The translations under genes and the position numbers were made by a program. A stretch of 53,022 bases of DNA, taken from contig NW_003526944.1 of the NCBI RefSeq assembly GCF_000181795.1, positions 5,362,913 to 5,415,934 on the forward strand, given 5' to 3'. How positions within the stretch are numbered: the first letter of the stretch is position 1; each line of letters begins with the position of its first letter. Below are positions 23,290 to 38,300 of the stretch, piece by piece. The notes under the pieces were generated by a model that was not told the origin of the DNA, searched no databases, and saw only the letters and a list, made by a program, of their open reading frames with translations. This stretch comes from Trichinella spiralis (Eukaryota).

Positions 23290-25400
23290 CAAAGGGGTGT
23301 GGAAAACGCGGTCTTTTCGCGATCACGCTCTGCCATTTCCACCTGCCAATACCCGGACGCCAGGTCAAGTGTGCTGAACCACTGGGCCCCTGCCAGCGCG
23401 TCCAAGGTATCATCTATACGCGGGATTGGCTGCACGTCACCGCATTTAGCTTGCAATAATCGACGCAGAACCGGTGCGAGCCATCCCTCTTGCGCACCAG
23501 GACCACCGGCGAGCTCCATGGCCCTGACGCCGGTTCGATTACTCTTGATCGCAACATCTCACCAATCAGTTCGTCCATCACGGCCCTTTGCGATTGCGGG
23601 AGGCGGCTGTTTCACTGGTCGGGCCCCTACCAATTCGATGTGGTGTTGGACGGGATTGTTCGCCCCAGGTGAGTCTCACCACGTGAGATGCCCTTCCCAC
23701 ACCGCCAAAGTACGCTGCTGAGGGCCCGCTTACTCGCCCCCCAGGCAGCGTCCCCACTCTTCCAGGTCGCCATCGCCCATGTGTGGTTTCCCCTCAGTGG
23801 TCTTCTCAGCTCCTGCTTCCCAGGAATTCAGTGTCACCAATGCCCACCCATGCCGTCGTTTATTTGGGGCTGGGCTGTCGGCAGGATTCCTGGGACGACT
23901 AAGCTCTTCACTACCATCACAGTCACACGTCCCATCCAACGGCACCACCCCATTCCGCTGATGCTCATTCGTCGACCGTCCACAAGCAGTATTGCCCCCT
24001 CCTCACTCTTCAAGGGCTCTTCACCGGAGGCGACATGCCAGAGTAGGGGCTTTCGCCGCAGGGGGGCACCGGGATGCGTCAACTGAAATTTGATCCCCTA
24101 CTGTCTTGCTGACAGACCCCGGCTTGCGGCCCTTCTGTAAAGTGATTACGATCTCAACAACCTGAACATCGATAACCCACAGTAGGAGAGGTAATTTTTG
24201 GCATAAAGTGACATGGAGTCGACGTGCTAAAGAGTTCGGTATTGCTGTGAGTGTACCCCTTGCGTGTGTGTTATCGCTTTATATAGTTATTCCCAACTGA
24301 ATAAAAGTGTTGTTTCGTTAAATAAAAAGATTGGCTTGTTGTTAAAAGGCGAAAACGTTACACTGCTATAAATCAGCGGCTCGTTACGCGGGGGTTTGAT
24401 CCGCTGCCCCAACGGATCATTAGAGAGCGGCGTGCCCTCGGATCAATGCCGTACAATGGTTAATTGGGTACAGACGTGTCCGGTCATGAAGGTCTGTCGA
24501 CAGAAGCCACCCGCGGTCCGCGCCAGCGGCTTCGCGTCTTCCTCAGTCGGATCAGCAATGAGCAACGCCGCCGTATAGCAAAGGCTGTTACATCAGGTAC
24601 AATTCTGCCAGCCGTTCGCTGGTCAGATAATCAACAGTGGACTGTATGACCGGTGCCTGACTTCGATCCTCTCTGGACGACGTCGTCAGGATTCTCGGGT
24701 TGTTCTTCACGATGCGCCTTCACGATACGCACGACGGGTACTGCTACTGCTCTCGCTTTCTACACACACACGTCCCAACTCCTCTTCTTGATCTCGTTCT
24801 CCTGTTGTATCAGCGGCGCTCCACATGGCTCTAGATAGAGTCCGGGGGTCAGCGGGCCGGCGGGTAGTTCAACAGAACTGCCAATGGGTAACTTGCTCGC
24901 CGCGGGGGCACTCGATATCTGAGGCGCCGATCTAAATCACCGTCGGCTTCCAGTAAGCCGCCCGGGTTCAGATCCTTTCATCTTCGATTGGTCCGCAGCG
25001 CCGGTGGCCAATTGACGATTCCGTTACGACGGCTGCTCCTACAAGGTCATCGGTTAACCTGCCGCCGGCGTTGATTGCACAAGCAGCCACTGTCCCGCGA
25101 ACAATGGCTGATCCAGGGCACCGTATGGGGTCTCATCTGACCCCGATCCCGTGTCGCCAGACGCGGCGATAGCGATCTATCCGACGTTGCGCGTGCATTG
25201 TTCTCGCCCAAGTGCGCATTTCATGAGCCCCGGCTCATGGGTGTGTCACCGACGAGGTCGGTGCCGTTACCTCCGGAACAGTTTAAAGTGATTCGTTTTA
25301 TTTTAAATGTAACGGACTTTCCGTCACATCAAGCGGGTCGGCCTCCGCCTTGCTGTTCTCGACCGGGTCATCACCGTCCGAGTTGACCTTACGGCGCCTG
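23290..25400 (-). mobile_element. Degenerate Ty3/gypsy LTR retrotransposon remnant (gag/protease/RT region)
   Basis: GC-rich block; RT N-terminus in two frames: EMLRSRVIEPASGPWSSPVVLVRKRDGSHRFCVDYCKLNAVT and PIPRIDDTLDALAGAQWFSTLDLASGYWQVEMAERDREKTAFSTP (about 23293-23560); truncated before YxDD; upstream boundary approximate. Confidence 0.88.
24102..24362 (+). mobile_element. Candidate solo LTR nested in the gypsy remnant (duplicate at 28749-29009)
   Basis: TGT...ACA termini, AT-richer than flanks, two AATAAA near the 3' end; flanks CTAC/CTGC give only an imperfect TSD. Confidence 0.45.
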
Positions 25401-27191
25401 CACTTTTGGAACAAGACATGTGGGGTGATTTATTTATAAAACAAACACCAAACAATCATTTCAAATGTTTATTACACCGACAACCACCATAATAAATGAC
25501 AACGCGATCGATCGCTAACCAAAACCGCACATCACCAACGATCAATGATTGCCACGTGCCACCGTACTACAGTACACTTTCAACGATGGTCAGGTCCAAA
25601 TGTGCCTGCAGGGGTAGCCGAGTGCAATGGTTTGGTGCTTACAAGATCAGCTCAGTTTTTCTTCCTCTTCTTCCTTTAACTCTGGAATACAGCAGGCGTC
25701 ATGGGCTAGCCGGTACTACCGCATAACCATTTGAAAGATGCGTGGTGGAATGAATATTTCTTTTGAAATTGCAAAATTATTTTATTTGCTTTTGATATAT
25801 TTACGCTGATTTCATTTTTTAAATGATTCATCGCTTTTTCATAGAATGTTGGAAGTCCTTAATGCATTAAAAGTGGGAATAAAAAAGGTATGGCTGTATT
25901 TGTGATATCTTTTACATTTATTTTAATTAAACGTGATTTTTAATTCCGTTCGTAAATAAGAATTTCTTTTACATTACCTTCTTTGTGCATTAATTGTCTG
26001 ATTTTACTGCTTGAATATCACAAATTTCATACAGTATACGATTGGTTAATTGTAATATTGAGGAGGTGCAGTTATGAACGTTGCTGCCAACTTCTAGTGA
26101 TATGTGTTTCTTATGTTTTTGATTTATAATTTTTGCAAAACATATTGTTTTGGGAGCTTTTGTATTTAACTGCTGAAACATATATTTTTCCTTGATGTGC
26201 CTATTTGTGATCATTTTGCATGTTTGTTGTTTTTATTGATCATTTTCTGTGCTTGCTCTAACTAGCTGTCGGTAATATCAATCTTCGACCGGCAAGTAAA
26301 TACGCTCTTTTGGCAGTCATTGTTTGCCAAGGCGATTTGTCGCCTTTGGTTCACATTCAGCATTGATTTATTTGTTAATCACTTCCGCCCGGCGATCCTG
26401 TTCTGGACTTTTTGAATAATTGATAAAGGTGAGAAGCTTTATTTTATTGTATTTTATTTCACTTTTTGAATTTTTATTTTGTATTAGTTTGAACGGATTA
26501 GAAAATAAGCTAGGACGGCAGACAGTCGTCGCTTTGTCAAAATAATTGAATTAGGTTTGATCTGTTTAATTAAGTATGGTAATCTTTAATTTTTTGAAGC
26601 GTTCAAGCTGTTGATTTGTGTATAGATAAAAATTCTTATATTATTATATAAATTACGTTACAGAAAGGTGTTTTTAAGTGCATGGTGAGGTGGTGTTTGA
26701 AAAGATGCTTTTTTAATTTCAAAATTTTCCTGACATGTAATGTAATGTCGCTTTTGAAATGATTGGAACGTCAGAACCGACGTATGTCGTGATGCGAGAA
26801 AATTTTTTAATCCATCATTGTCTGCATTTTTAATACGCACGAGCGGAAATGCTGCGCATATTTTTCATTTCGCTTTATTGAAAAGCCGGTTGGTTATACT
26901 ACCTATTTGCCGGAGGAAGTTCCTCTTTTGTGTCTTTTATTCCATGTTGCATGAAAATTGTTTTTTGATTGGTAAAATTGATCGTTTGGGTATTGTTATT
27001 AGGAGTGTAATTTTGAATTAAAAAATAGCATTTGATGTGGTAAATATTTTTCTTTCTTTTTTTTGCAAACAATATTTATTCGATGCGGATAATAGCAAGT
27101 AGTAGTATGTTTTTTGCGTTTTATGTATAATTTTATTATTGCAAAAATAGATGGATGTATTTGTGTTTGAAAAGGACCCAATTTTAGATTG

Positions 27192-27194
<3 letters not shown>

Positions 27195-27229
<35 letters not shown>
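27195..27229. repeat. (TA)n microsatellite; others are (GTTT/GTT)n at about 32943-32985, (TGGT)n at about 32684-32705 and (TG)n at 35321-35348
   Basis: Direct inspection. Confidence 0.9.
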
Positions 27230-27231
<2 letters not shown>

Positions 27232-30200
27232 TGCAAGAATTAAGTGATTTTAAACAGCAATACGGAGTGTGATTGATCATTTTGTTGACCTATTTTATGC
27301 GATGGAGAAATTTACATTAAGCTGTAAATTTTAGTGCATAATTTTCATCGCTATAGTGGAAAGTAATTGTCGATAAATTCTGGGTGGGCGAAAACTTTTG
27401 CCGAAAATTTGCAGATCTTATGAAGAAACAAGTTTGATGATCTCGTTTTGTTTGAAATAAAATATGATTTATTGAAAGCAAAATTTTTTTCATTTAGTAC
27501 AAATTGATACTGTTTATGCTTGTATGAATTTCGAATTGCACAATTTCAATTTTGTTGTTGAAAAATGCTTTTTTTTTAATTAAGTGATCATCAATTAAAT
27601 CACGTATATCAAAATGAATGAAGAATAGTATCAATTGTAAGTTATTTTTATTTTTTAATATATATATATATATATCTTTTTTTTGAAATTAATTATTATC
27701 GACAGAGGCATCGTTTTGAAAGCATCAGTTAGTGGATGATTGGAATGCATGAATGGCGATTGTTTCGTATTGATGAATGAACAACTGAGCTGACGATTTA
27801 CGTTTTTATGCTCTTAAATAATATTCTTCTTATGCTATTCCAATTCGTTTAATTGATTGCCGATGCTTTGGTGAACAGTTTTCAGAGTAGTGGCGTGTGC
27901 GGTTGCCTGGCTGTTTGTGTCGTTGAAGTGATGATGTTTTTGTTCTTGTGGTTGCAATTTGCTTTCTCATGCTTGCTCTTCTTTTCCCCAACGATTTCCT
28001 TAGCTGGCAACCTATCTCTCTATAATTATGCTTACTATCCTGCCTGCTAGTGAGATTGGTTATTTGGATGCTTTTTTCCTACGAAACTGACTCCTGTGCT
28101 ATGTTTTACTACTCCTCATCCCTGATCGCTCCTATTCAGAAAATTTATGATCTTAAATTATCTATAATTCATTGAAGAATATGACTATTATTTTGCATAA
28201 TTACAACTGAACATAGAATTCACCTATTAATATTAATATTGTTGTGACTTAATCGACTCCAGATTAGGATAATGTAAGATATTTGCAAAAATGATAGCAT
28301 AACTTATTTAAACTGTTTGCTTTTGTCGTTCATATTCGTTTGTTGTTTTCATCTCCAACTGAATTTCTGTGACGATTTTCACTTGCATTATCCATGAGAG
28401 AAANNNNNNNNNNCCAGGTCGCCATCGCCCCATGTGTGGTTTCCCCTCAGTGGTCTCTCAGCTCCTGCTTCCCAGATTCAGTGTCACATGACCACCCATG
28501 CCGTCGTTTATTTGGGCTGGGCTGTCGGCAGGATTCCTGGGACGACTAAGCTCTTCACTACCATCACAGTCACACGTCCCATCCAACGGCACCACCCCAT
28601 TCCGCTGATGCTCATTCGTCGACCGTCCACAAGCAGTATTGCCCCCTCCTCACTCTTCAAGGGCTCTTCACCGGAGGCGACATGCCAGAGTAGGGGCTTT
28701 CGCCGCAGGGGGGCACCGGGATGCGTCAACTGAAATTTGATCCCCTACTGTCTTGCTGACAGACCCCGGCTTGCGGCCCTTCTGTAAAGTGATTACGATC
28801 TCAACAACCTGAACATCGATAACCCACAGTAGGAGAGGTAATTTTTGGCATAAAGTGACATGGAGTCGACGTGCTAAAGAGTTCGGTATTGCTGTGAGTG
28901 TACCCCTTGCGTGTGTGTTATCGCTTTATATAGTTATTCCCAACTGAATAAAAGTGTTGTTTCGTTAAATAAAAAGATTGGCTTGTTGTTAAAAGGCGAA
29001 AACGTTACACTGCTATAAATCAGCGGCTCGTTACGCGGGGGTTTGATCCGCTGCCCCAACGGATCATTAGAGAGCGGCGTGCCCTCGGATCAATGCCGTA
29101 CAATGGCTAATTGGGTATAGACGTGTCGGGTCATGAGGGTCTGTCGACAGAAGCCACCCGCGGTCCGCGCCGGTGGCTTCGCGTCTTCCTCAGCCGGATC
29201 AGCAATGAGCAACGCCGCCGTATAGCAAAGGCTGTTACATCAGGTACAATTCTGCCAGCCGTTCGCTGGTCAAATAATCAACAGTGGACTGTATGACCGG
29301 TGCCTGACTTCGATCCTCTCTGGATGAAGTCGTCAGGATGCTCGGGTTGTTCTTCACGATGCGCCACCACGATACGCACGACGGGTACTGCTACAGCTCT
29401 CGCTTTCTACACGCACACGTCCCAACTCCTCTTCTTGTTCTCGTTTTCCTGTTGTATCAGCGGCGCTCCACATGGCTCTAGATATAGAGTCCCGGGGTCA
29501 GCGGGCCGGCGGGTAGTTCAACAGAACTGCCAATGGGTAACTTGCTCGCCGCGGGGGCACTCGATATCTGAGGCGCCGATCTAAATCACCGTCGGCTTCC
29601 AGTAAGCCGCCCGGGTTCAGATCCTTTCATCTTCGATTGGTCCGCAGCGCCGGTGGCCAATTGACGATTCTGTTACGACGGCTGCTCCTACAAGGTCATC
29701 GGTTAACCTGCCGCCGGCGTTGATTGCACAAGCAGCCACTGTCCCGCGAACAATGGCTGATCCAGGGCACCGTGTGGGGTCTCATCTGACCCCGATCCCG
29801 TGTCGCCAGACGCGGCGATAGCGATCTATCCGACGTTGCGCGTGCATTGTTCTCGCCCAAGTGCGCATTTCATGAGCCCCGGCTCATGGGTGTGTCACCG
29901 ACGAGGTCGGTGCCGTTACCTCCGGAACAGTTTAAAGTGATTCGTTTTATTTTAAATGTAACGTACTTTCCGTCACATCAAGCGGGTCGGCCTCCGCCTT
30001 GCTGTTCTCGACCGGGTCATCACCGTCCGAGTTGACCTTACGGCGCCTGCACTTTTGGAACAAGACATGTGGGGTGATTTATTTATAAAACGAACACCAA
30101 ACAATCATTTCAGAGGTTTATTACACCGACAACCACCATAATAAATGACAACGCGATCGATCGCTAACCAAAACCGCACATCACCAACGATCAATGATTG

Positions 30201-33200
30201 CCACGTGCCACCGTACTACAGTACACTTTCAACGATGGTCAGGTCCAAATGTACCTGCAGGGGTAGCCGAGTGCAATGGTTTGGTGCTTACAAGATCAGC
30301 TCAGTTTTTCTTCCTCTTCTTCCTTTAACTCTGGAATACAGCAGGCGTCATGGGCTAGCCGGTACTGCCGCATAACCATTTGAAAGATGCGTGGTGGAAT
30401 GAATATTTCTTTTGAAATTGCAAAATTATTTTATTTGCCTTTGATATATTTACGCTGATTTCATTTTTTAAATGATTCATCGCTTTTTCATAGAATGTTG
30501 GAAGTCCTTAATGCATTAAAAGTGGGAATAAAAAAGGTATGGCTGTATTTGTGATATCTTTTACATTTATTTTAATTAAACGTGATTTTTAATTCCGTTC
30601 TTAAATAAGAATTTCTTTTACATTACCTTCTTTGTGCATTAATTGTTTGATTTTACTGCTTGAATATCACAAATTTCATACAGTATACGATTGGTTAATT
30701 GTAATATTGAGGAGGTGCTAATTTGAGCAGTTATGAACGTTGCTGCCAACTTCTAGTGATATGTGTTTCTTATGTTTTTGATTTATAATTTTTGCAAAAC
30801 ATATTGTTTTGGGAGCTTTTGTATTTAACTGCTGAAACATATATTTTTCCTTGATGTGCCTATTTGTGATCATTTTGCATGTTTGTTGTTTTTATTGATC
30901 ATTTTCTGTGCTTGCTCTAACTAGCTGTCGGTAATATCAATCTTCGACCGGCAAGTAAATACGCTCTTTTGGCAGTCATTGTTTGCCAAGGCGATTTGTC
31001 GCCTTTGGTTCACATTCAGCATTGATTTATTTGTTTGTCACTTCCGCCCGGCGATCCTGTTCTGGACTTTTTGAATAATTGATAAAGGTGAGAAGCTTTA
31101 TTTTATTGTATTTTATTTCACTTTTTGAATTTTTATTTTGTATTAGTTTGAACGGCTTAGAAAATAAGCTAGGACGGCAGACAGTCGTCGCTTTGTCAAA
31201 ATAATTGAATTAGGTTTGATCTGTTTAATTAAGTATGGTAATCTTTAATTTTTTGAAGCGTTCAAGCTGTTGATTTGTATATAGATAAAAATTCTTATAT
31301 TATTATATAAATTATGTTACAGAAAGGTGTTTTTAAGTGCATGGTGAGGTGGTGTTTGAAAAGATGCTTTTTTAATTTCAAAATTTTCCTGACATGTAAT
31401 GTAATGTCGCTTTTGAAATGATTGGAACGTCAGAACCGACGTATGTCGTGATGCGAGAAAATTTTTTAATCCATCATTGTCTGCATTTTTAATACGCACG
31501 AGCGGAAATGCTGCGCATATTTTTCATTTCGCTTTATTGAAAAGCCGGTTGGTTATACTACCTATTTGCCGGAGGAAGTTCCTCTTTTGTGTCTTTTATT
31601 TCATGTTGCATGAAAATTGTTTTTTGATTGGTAAAATTGATCGTTTGGGTATTGTTATTAGGAGTGTAATTTTGAATTAAAAAATAGCATTTGATGTGGT
31701 AAATATTTTTCTTTCTTTTTTTTGCAAACAATATTTATTCGATGCGGATAATAGCAAGTAGTAGTATGTTTTTTGCGTTTGATGTATAATTTTATTATTG
31801 CAAAAATAGATGGATGTATTTGTGTTTGAAAAGGACCCAATTTTAGATTGTCATATATATATATATATATCCTGCAAGAATTAAGTGATTTTAAACAGCA
31901 ATACGGAGTGTGATTGATCATTTTGTTGACCTATTTTATGCGATGGAGAAATTTACATTAAGCTGTAAATTTTAGTACATAATTTTCATCGCTATAGTGG
32001 AAAGTAATTGTCGATAAATTCTGGGTGGGCGAAAACTTTTGCCGAAAATTTGCAGATCTTATGAAGAAACAAGTTTGATGATCTCGTTTTGTTTGAAATA
32101 AAATATGATTTATTGAAAACAAAATTTTTTTTCATTTAGTACAAATTGATACTGTTTATGCTTGTATGAATTTCGAATTGCACAATTTCAATTTTGTTGT
32201 TGAAAAATGCTTTTTTTTAAATTAAGTGATCATCAATTAAATCACGTATATCAAAATGAATGAAGAATAGTATCAATTGTAAGTTATTTTTATTTTTTAA
32301 TATATATATATCTTTTTTTTGAAATTAATTATTATCGACAGAGGCATCGTTTTGAAAGCATCAGTTAGTGGACGATTGGAATGCATGAATGGCGATTGTT
32401 TCGTATTGATGAATGAACAACTGAGCTGACGATTTACGTTTTTATGCTCTTAAATAATATTCTTCTTATGCTATTCCAATTCGTTTAATTGATTGCCGAT
32501 GCTTTGGTGAACAGTTTTCAGAGTAGTGGCGTGTGCGGTTGCCTGGCTGTTTGTGTCGTTGAAGTGATGATGTTTTTGTTCTTGTGGTTGCAAAATGCTT
32601 TCAGTTGCTTGCTCTTCAACGAGCGAGCAATTTCGTTAGCTGGCTAGCTAGCTAGCTATTATTATGCTTACTAGCCTGCTTGCTTGGTTGGTTGGTTGGT
32701 TGGTTGCTTGACGAGAGCGAGAACTTTTCCACATAATAAGTAATAGGTCTCCTTATAATTTCATGCAGTTCATCAGAGATTTTTTGTTCAAAATTTTGCA
32801 TTTATACAATTATGCAAATGACAAATATTTTTTTGGAAGAAAAAAAATGGTAATTTTCTTCAATTTTTATTATTTTGTGGTGACAAAATTGACACGAGAC
32901 GATGATGATATTTGTTGACCCAGGCAATGTTTGCTGAGCGACGTTGTTTGTTTGTTTGTTTGTTGTTGTTGTTGTTGTTGTTGTTTAAAATTAGCTTCAG
33001 GCTTGGATGGATGGTGATTTTGCAAAGAGGAAGAAAATTATTCTCGTCTGCTTCTTTTAGCTTATCAAAAATTTTGAAGCAGTTGTTGCTTTGATTTTCT
33101 CCATTATTCTTGCTAAGGTCAGAAACCACGACAGCTGTGGTGCATGCCAATCGCAGTTTGGCGCTCCCTTTTTGATTCGCTTGCGATTTTAATTAAAAGC

Positions 33201-35316
33201 GGCTTCTTTTGTTTAAACTCATTTTCAAATTTCTCACATCCAATTTTCATCATTACTATTACACTGCAGTTTGTTGTTTTAATTTTTGAATATAATTTTA
33301 GATTTTTTCAATTGAATGTGGCCACCGTATTTCCACTTGGTTGGAAAATCTCCATTTTGGGTAAGCGCAATTGTTGTATTATTTTATTCATTTGAATTTC
33401 ATTGTAAAATTGCTGTTTTTGTTCGTTGATTCGGAAGAAGAATTTATTTTATTTAAATGAATAAATTAAAATTAAACTGCCCTATTAAAATTTTCATCAC
33501 CAACGCTTCTTCCATTTTGCAAGTTGAAATAGAAGCTTTGAACTTTTTTTACAAATAAACAAAGTTGAATTTTTATTTTTTGAAAGAAAATAAGAAAAGT
33601 GCAATTTTTTACAAGTTAACAGCGATTTGTTTTTGTATTGTAACAAATTGGGTAGATATTATAACAGATGTCTGAATTTGAAGATGTTTCCCACAGTTTT
33701 TATAAAGGATACGAATATTAATATTTAAAATCAAGAGGACGAATGTTGCTTCTTGATTGATAAATTCACGTTTATTAATTTTGCTCAGCCTTTATCATTT
33801 GTAAACATTAAAAATTGTGAATAGGAAATCCGAACGATTAACTGGAACATTGAACACTAGTATATTATATTATATGGACATTTTCTATTGATAGCTGGTG
33901 CAAATATTAGAAGAACAGGCTTGTCGACGTCATTGTTGAACTAAATTGTTTTTCTCAATCAAATCTTGTTCAAATTACGATTTTAATCATTTAAGAAATT
34001 CTGTGAAATTTATATGCTATTCATTTGGTAAACTTTGAGAATTTCAACAATGTTTGGCACATTAGTACTAGTCGATATATATATATATATTTGATGCTGT
34101 TAATATTATAATTGTAAAAGGACAGTTTTTTTTTCAAGAAAATTTGTACTGTTCTTTTGGTTCTCACAATTTTTATTCTTTCTCCTCGAAAAGACTTTAA
34201 TCTTTTAATCTTAACTTTCTTTTTAACTGATCATGTTATGCGATTAATGTGCAGACAAAAGAATTTTATTGTACTGGCATTGTTGATTTTGACACTTGAA
34301 TCATTGAAATGTGTTTGTGAAAATTGAATTTTGTTTGTTCAATAAGAAGCTCGTTTGAACGAGTTTTATTTTACTTTTACATTACGTGGAAGAAATTCAG
34401 TTTTTATCATGTGTCATATGAAAAGCATTTTCACCAGCGGATGTGAGCGTAATTTCTAATTTTCTAATTTAATGCTTTTTTATAAGTTCTATGAACTTCA
34501 TTGTCAATTTGTATACGGTAAGATTAAATGAATAACTGATCGATGAATATTTCTGTTCGGATGAATTTTTTTTAATTTATTGAAGAAGTTCATTCATAGC
34601 AGCTTCAATGGAATTTATGCTAAAAGATAATTTATCTTTTTATTCTCATTATGTCAGCCTCTGCGTGTGTGTGTGTGTTGATGTGTAGTGATGAGAATTG
34701 AATTGTTCTCTGCACAATTGATGGACATGAAATTTTCATTGATGTTGCATAGTGATAGAATAGCGTGATTATTCTTTGATTTTAGATTTTTAATCCATAG
34801 CGGAATCCATGGTATGATGATCTTTTAAATCTGTTAACTGTGGGAAAGATATATATTTTTTTCAGACTGGTCAATTCACTATTGGCCTTTTTCTTCATAC
34901 ATTTATTTTTTTATTTTAATTGATGAATCTGCATGAGCGAGGTCGTCGTTTGTCATTTCTGACCATCTTTGCATCCCTGTCCTCGTCGTCTAGCCTGAGC
35001 AAGTCTGATCATTTGTATTTATTTCATTTTCTTGCTCAGTTTTGGTCAAGGCAATCGAACTGCTTTCTGGAAAAATAGATTCACTTACTTTTCTCAGACG
35101 CGAGCGTCGTCGTGTGCCCATCATCTTTTGTATCTATTATTATTATTTTCTTTTTTAATTCTACTGATTTGCTGTAGTTGGTATTTTATTTAAATTATGT
35201 ACAATTCGATATTTCTTTTTTTATAATAGCATGAATTTGCAATGCTATTTGCATTGTTTCGGTTTGGTTTTGTGATTTGTTTATTTTTGAAAATTGCTGT
35301 ATAATATATATATATA

Positions 35317-35348
<32 letters not shown>

Positions 35349-35387
35349 GAATATTTGGTTGTTTTCTTAGGATTCTGTGCGGCGAGT

Positions 35388-38300
35388 ATGATGCACGTCG
35401 CATCGCAGTCGCCATTGATTCACTACGCATCTGCAGAAGGGAAAGAATCAGTGGGACGAAAGGTGGAGGAGAAGAAAGATGGGTCTGAAGCGTTTTCGAG
35501 TGTTGTGAAGAAGCAGAAGGGGGCGGAGACGGTGACAATGGCCGAACAGACCGCTTGCAGAAGAACCCCTCGTTTCGAGTCGTTTGTGATGACCGGTGAC
35601 AAGATACTTTGCCTCACCCCGAAAATATCCGAGAGCTATGCCAAGCTGAAACGATTGGAATTGCCGGAACACATGGAAATTGCTACATCCGGTGTGGCCA
35701 CGATGCCGCAGTCGTTTCAACTGGTCGAACCTTCTACCTCTGGTTCGTCGGCTGAGCCGGATTCATTGAACGAATCTGGTCAGAAAATCTCGTCCATGGT
35801 TGTTGCAGGTAATGCATTGCATCAGGAGGAGGAGAATTTTACCCCAACAAGTGGCAACAACAAACAAATCGTCGACGGGCATGTCGCTGCTGCTGCAATT
35901 GGAGACAAAGAAAAATATGATAATTTTAATTCTGTTTCGGACAGCGATACTGACAGTGATGGTGATGGTGATGATGACGATGATGATCGTGCGTGCAAGG
36001 TGCAAGGTAATTTTGGAGTTGAAAATGTTGAACAAGTGGAACAAGAAGAAGAGGAAGAAAAAGTGCCAATCATCAAAGCGTCGGATACAAAGGATGTAGA
36101 CGAATTGATAATAGCCGAAGCGTCGTCGATTGCCAACGTTGAACAATCACCGCCGTGCAGCAGCAGATACGACGGTATGAAAAATGGTTCCACAACGTTG
36201 GACAAGTTGGCTCAGTTGACCAGACTGCACGACAGCGACGATGCATGCAGCTTGAACAGTACAGTATTACGAGCCGGCGGTTTGGAAACCGCCCGTCGTT
36301 TGGCCAGACGCTTGTACCAGTTGGATGGTTTCAAACCATCCGACGTTTATGCGCACATTTCAAAAAGGTAATAATAATAATAATAAAACAATTTTTGTTC
36401 TGATGCAATTATGTTTATATGATATAATTTGCCAGAATATATATAAATATGGCATGTACTTGAGTAGCGAATTTGTTATTAAAGTAATTGATTTTGAGTT
36501 TTTTTTCCATTTTAAACAAATCGAAGTGAAATTTACATTCATATTTCAATTCCGTGAATTCATATCGCTTATGAATTTTATAAATATTGGAAATGTGCAT
36601 GGATAAGATTGTTTCATTAATAATAATTTTTTTTCTTATAATTCTTTGCATTATCGGCTGTTGTTCGAAACATTGTCTTAGTTGGAGAGGGGTAGGACGG
36701 CGCTGGGGGTATACTGCTTGTTATCTTTGGAAATTTGTGATCACGGTGTAAAACACGTGGACAGCTGCCGATTGTGTACTGCATGTTAGATGTTCCAGTG
36801 GTTAGTTTCCTCTTTGATGATATTTCGAACATTTGTTCCAACCATGTGCATGTTGGTGTTGTTAATTTTGATTGATTAATTAGAATTAAATTATAACACT
36901 GGAATGACCAAAACATCTGTGTTAGTATTGCTTTTCGATGTAAAAAAATTTCATGTAAAAAATGAGTTTTGAAGAAGAATAAAAAAATTTCAAGGCTGGA
37001 TAAATAGCATTGTGTTGGATTTTTTCTACTTTTTTTTATTCTATCATAATTTAATCATATTGAAGGTGGAAAATTTGAAAATATATGGATAATTCATGGA
37101 AAATTAACTGAATTATAAATTTTTCCAATAGAACTTGCATGTGTAAAAATTTTATTGCTCTCTACTGGTGCTTACATTTTTTCCTTGTGTTGTTCATTTG
37201 TTGGAATACAGAATATGTTCTTTCAAATGAAAAAGTACTTTTATTATTAAAATCGATAATATTATTAAAAAAGCAGTTTATTAATTTGATTTCTTGAAGT
37301 GATATTATCAGTAATATAGTAGTAGAGTATTGGTGTAATTTCAAAATGGAGTAAATGTGGAAAAGGAAATTTTGAATAATTTGAAGAAATGAAAAGTTTA
37401 TTTAAAAAAATTATCATTCATTTTTTTCTGTTGCCCTTTCAGTGATGACTTTTCCATGCTGGTTAGTCAAGAGTACATGAAGATGTTCAATTTTTCTGGT
37501 TTTCGTATTGATGCTGCTTTACGTTGCTTTCTTACGTATGTGCTATTGTCGCCTGATCAAATGGTCTTATCTGATTGTGTACCGCTGGCTCTGTTTTCCC
37601 AACGTTACCACAAATGTAACCCATGTTTGTTCAACTCTGAAGGTAAGTTTTGTGTTTTAAAAAATAATAAATAAATTATTGGACATAAATTTTGTTTTTG
37701 AATTTCAGATGAAATTTTAAGCTTAGTTTGTTCTCTTCTTGCTCTGGATTTGAAATTGCACGCAGGCAATGTAAGAATGATGATAGTAGATGTAGAGTTC
37801 AATAATGGAGACAATTTGAAAAATTGATAACTCATTTTCTTAGTCTAAATCTTGCCGAATCACGTGCCATGATTTTATTGAAAGCACCTCACAGGCCGGT
37901 TATGTCTATTCCAGAGATTTATTGAAAAAGTTGTACAGTTCATTGAAAAGAAATCCGCTCCGAGATTTTGCGTACGTGTATTTATTTTATTTCATGATTC
38001 GTGATATTAATAATAATGTATTTTTAGCCAAGTTGAAAATGGTGAACGGTGTTCCGGTTATGGAAACTCAATTTTACGTCCCAACCCACGAATGGTGATG
38101 AATCAATAGTTATTATTGTTGGTGATGTGATTTTTAACAGTTTTTATCGTTTGCAATTCTCAGATGCCAGATTCAGATTCTCAGGTTGAATATAAAAAAG
38201 GTTGGGTAATGCGAAAATGCGTTGTCGACAAAGGAGGCAAAAAAGGTAAATTTCATTTAAACAGTCCAAGCAAGAGTTGTCAGTCATGCAAATTTACGTT

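Larger units (their letters stand above)
23762..32640 (+). repeat. Tandem duplication of about 4.65 kb (23762-~28020 and 28414-~32640), probably an assembly or haplotype artefact
   Basis: Near-identical at offset about 4647; copies meet at a 10-N gap; the first copy decays into error-rich sequence after about 27950. Confidence 0.85.

Noticed and set aside
23762..32640. Recent biological tandem duplication
   Set aside because: Copies meet at a 10-N gap with error-rich ends, so uncollapsed haplotypes or contig overlap is more likely; the same applies to 51071-52200.
35423..36403. Antisense and alternative-frame ORFs over efa-6 exon 1, and similar ORFs over the 7TM gene
   Set aside because: Shadow ORFs of real coding sequence.
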